Shown: positions 62,071 through 64,000 of the stretch, one piece after another | Position numbering within the stretch: position 1 is the first letter of the stretch | Layout: every line of letters starts with the position of its first letter | From: Octopus bimaculoides | Taxonomy: Eukaryota | Assembly (NCBI RefSeq): GCF_001194135.2 | Contig: NC_069001.1 | Location: 9,743,802-9,807,801, forward strand | Direction of reading: 5' to 3' | DNA length: 64,000 nucleotides | Position numbers and translations under genes: made by a program | Notes under the pieces: generated by a model | Told to the model about the DNA's origin: nothing | What the model saw: the letters and a program-made list of their open reading frames with translations, nothing else | Databases searched by the model: none

Positions 62071-62887
62071 ACTTTCTAGAAAATTGAATCTCTCTGTTAG
62101 CTCGTTAGGCCTCTCCGAGTCTATAAAGGATTTTCTTAACCCTCTGATTAAGGGGAAATAATCCGTCATCATTAACGATTTTTCGTATTCTTCGAGGTCT
62201 GCGAGTTTTCTCATACATAAGACGTAGATATTTAAAAGTCTTGTANNNNNNNNNNNNNNNNNNNNNNNNNNNNNNNNNNNNNNNNNNNNNNNNNNNNNNN
62301 NNNNNNNNNNNNNNNNNNNNNNNNNNNNNNNNNNNNNNNNNNNNNNNNNNNNNNNNNNNNNNNNNNNNNNNNNNNNNNNNNNNNNNNNNNNNNNNNNNNN
62401 NNNNNNNNNNNNNNNNNNNNNNNNNNNNNNNNNNNNNNNNNNNNNNNNNNNNNNNNNNNNNNNNNNNNNNNNNNNNNNNNNNNNNNNNNNNNNNNNNNNN
62501 NNNNNNNNNNNNNNNNNNNNNNNNNNNNNNNNNNNNNNNNNNNNNNNNNNNNNNNNNNNNNNNNNNNNNNNNNNNNNNNNNNNNNNNNNNNNNNNNNNNN
62601 NNNNNNNNNNNNNNNNNNNNNNNNNNNNNNNNNNNNNNNNNNNNNNNNNNNNNNNNNNNNNNNNNNNNNNNNNNNNNNNNNNNNNNNNNNNNNNNNNNNN
62701 NNNNNNNNNNNNNNNNNNNNNNNNNNNNNNNNNNNNNNNNNNNNNNNNNNNNNNNNNNNNNNNNNNNNNNNNNNNNNNNNNNCATGCTCATACATACACA
62801 CACACACATGCTCATACATACACACACACACATGCTCATACATACACACCCACACACACACATATATATATGTATATATATGTATTC

Positions 62888-62929
<42 letters not shown>

Positions 62930-62931
<2 letters not shown>

Positions 62932-63080
62932 GATGGACGTCTTTCTGTTTCCGTTCAACAAATCCCACTCACACGGCTTTGTCCAGTCCACGACTATAAT
63001 AGAAGACACTTGCCCAAGGTGCCACACAGTGGGACTGAACCTGGAACCATGTGTTTGGGGTGCAAACTTCTTACCACTCC
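62930..63080 (-). mobile_element. SINE family B 5' half
   Basis: GAAGACACTTGCCCAAGGTGCCACACAGTGGGACTGAACCTGGAACCATGTG. Confidence 0.85.
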
Positions 63081-63867
63081 TATATATGCATGTATGTATG
63101 TATGTATAGATGGATGGTTATTTGGATGGTTGGTTAGAAGGATGGTTGGATGGATGCCTGCACAAGCACAACGATCTACCTAATGTAAAACACAGACACA
63201 CACACAGAAGGAAAGGAAGAACTCCGCCACCCTTTTCCCCAACTCCTCTCAGACACCCACAAAAAATAATACCACACCCAAATACACAAAACACACAATA
63301 TATATTTATATTTATATTATTCAGTTTTAACTCACTTAAATATACTATCTAAATAAAAAATCATTGCATTTTTTTTTAATCCCGTCTTTTTCGTCTTTAT
63401 AATATTATCTTGCCATTTTTCTTATTGTAACTCCTAATACCTCCTACATCTGAAATCCATACTGTCAATCAATAGAAAATATAACTTCTATATCCACTTT
63501 CTTATACTAAAGCTCCATAAATAATGAATACAGTTTCTTGTCTTTCGACTTAATTTTTTATTCTTTTTCTTACCTCCCAAGGAAAAAGAGCTCTTGTCAC
63601 TCTTTAGAAGATAAAGCAACGAGATAACTGTTTGGTTGATCAAGTTACGCATATTCCCTTCCACCTAGTGCAATGTTTAATGTTGGTGTATATTTATGTA
63701 CATACCACTGTTTTTTTTTGAGAATTTTAGTTTGTTTCATCTTATTTTATTTCGGTCTCGTTTCTGTGTATCTTTTTTGTATATTGATAACATTAATATA
63801 TATATCTATTTATCAATCTATCCCTTTTGCCATATAAAAATGTAAAAATTACACCCCGCCTGTATGT

Positions 63868-63899
<32 letters not shown>

Positions 63900-64000
63900 T
63901 TATGAATGTATACATATATATATGTATGTATACATATATATATGTATGTATATATATATATATATACACATATATATATGTATGTATATATATATATATA

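Noticed and set aside
63574-63664. Possible 91-nt minus-strand exon (AG|GTAAGA donor, open frame VEGNMRNLINQ...)
   Set aside because: Weak acceptor and unrecognised peptide; such signals arise by chance in 64 kb without expression data.

Overview
AT-rich, microsatellite-saturated eukaryotic DNA with about 21 assembly gaps, most flanked by simple repeats. The SINE families, transposons and (TA)n/(CA)n load resemble an octopus genome, likely Octopus bimaculoides; this is inferred from memory, not from a search. I found no credible intact protein-coding gene, RNA gene or CRISPR array. Almost all ORF-track entries are microsatellite or N-gap artefacts. The window is intergenic or intronic and consists of: (1) three recurring tRNA-derived SINE families, labelled here A, B and C/C2; (2) at least seven Tc1/mariner/pogo relics or MITEs; (3) decayed LINE pieces (R4/Dong-type C-terminus, a probable ORF1 fragment, an ORF2 C-terminus); (4) two decayed Penelope-like (PLE) coding segments, an RT and a thumb/GIY-YIG. 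The most interesting item is a short repeat, family D. It carries a minimal type I hammerhead ribozyme motif (CTGATGA-A-stem II-GAAAC-GTT) downstream of an internal tRNA-like Pol III cassette. It occurs at three loci: near-intact at 25.9-26.2 kb, as a nested and inverted composite at 16.1-17.0 kb, and as a palindrome at 52.3-52.6 kb. All family assignments come from reading motifs by eye; no database searches were run.
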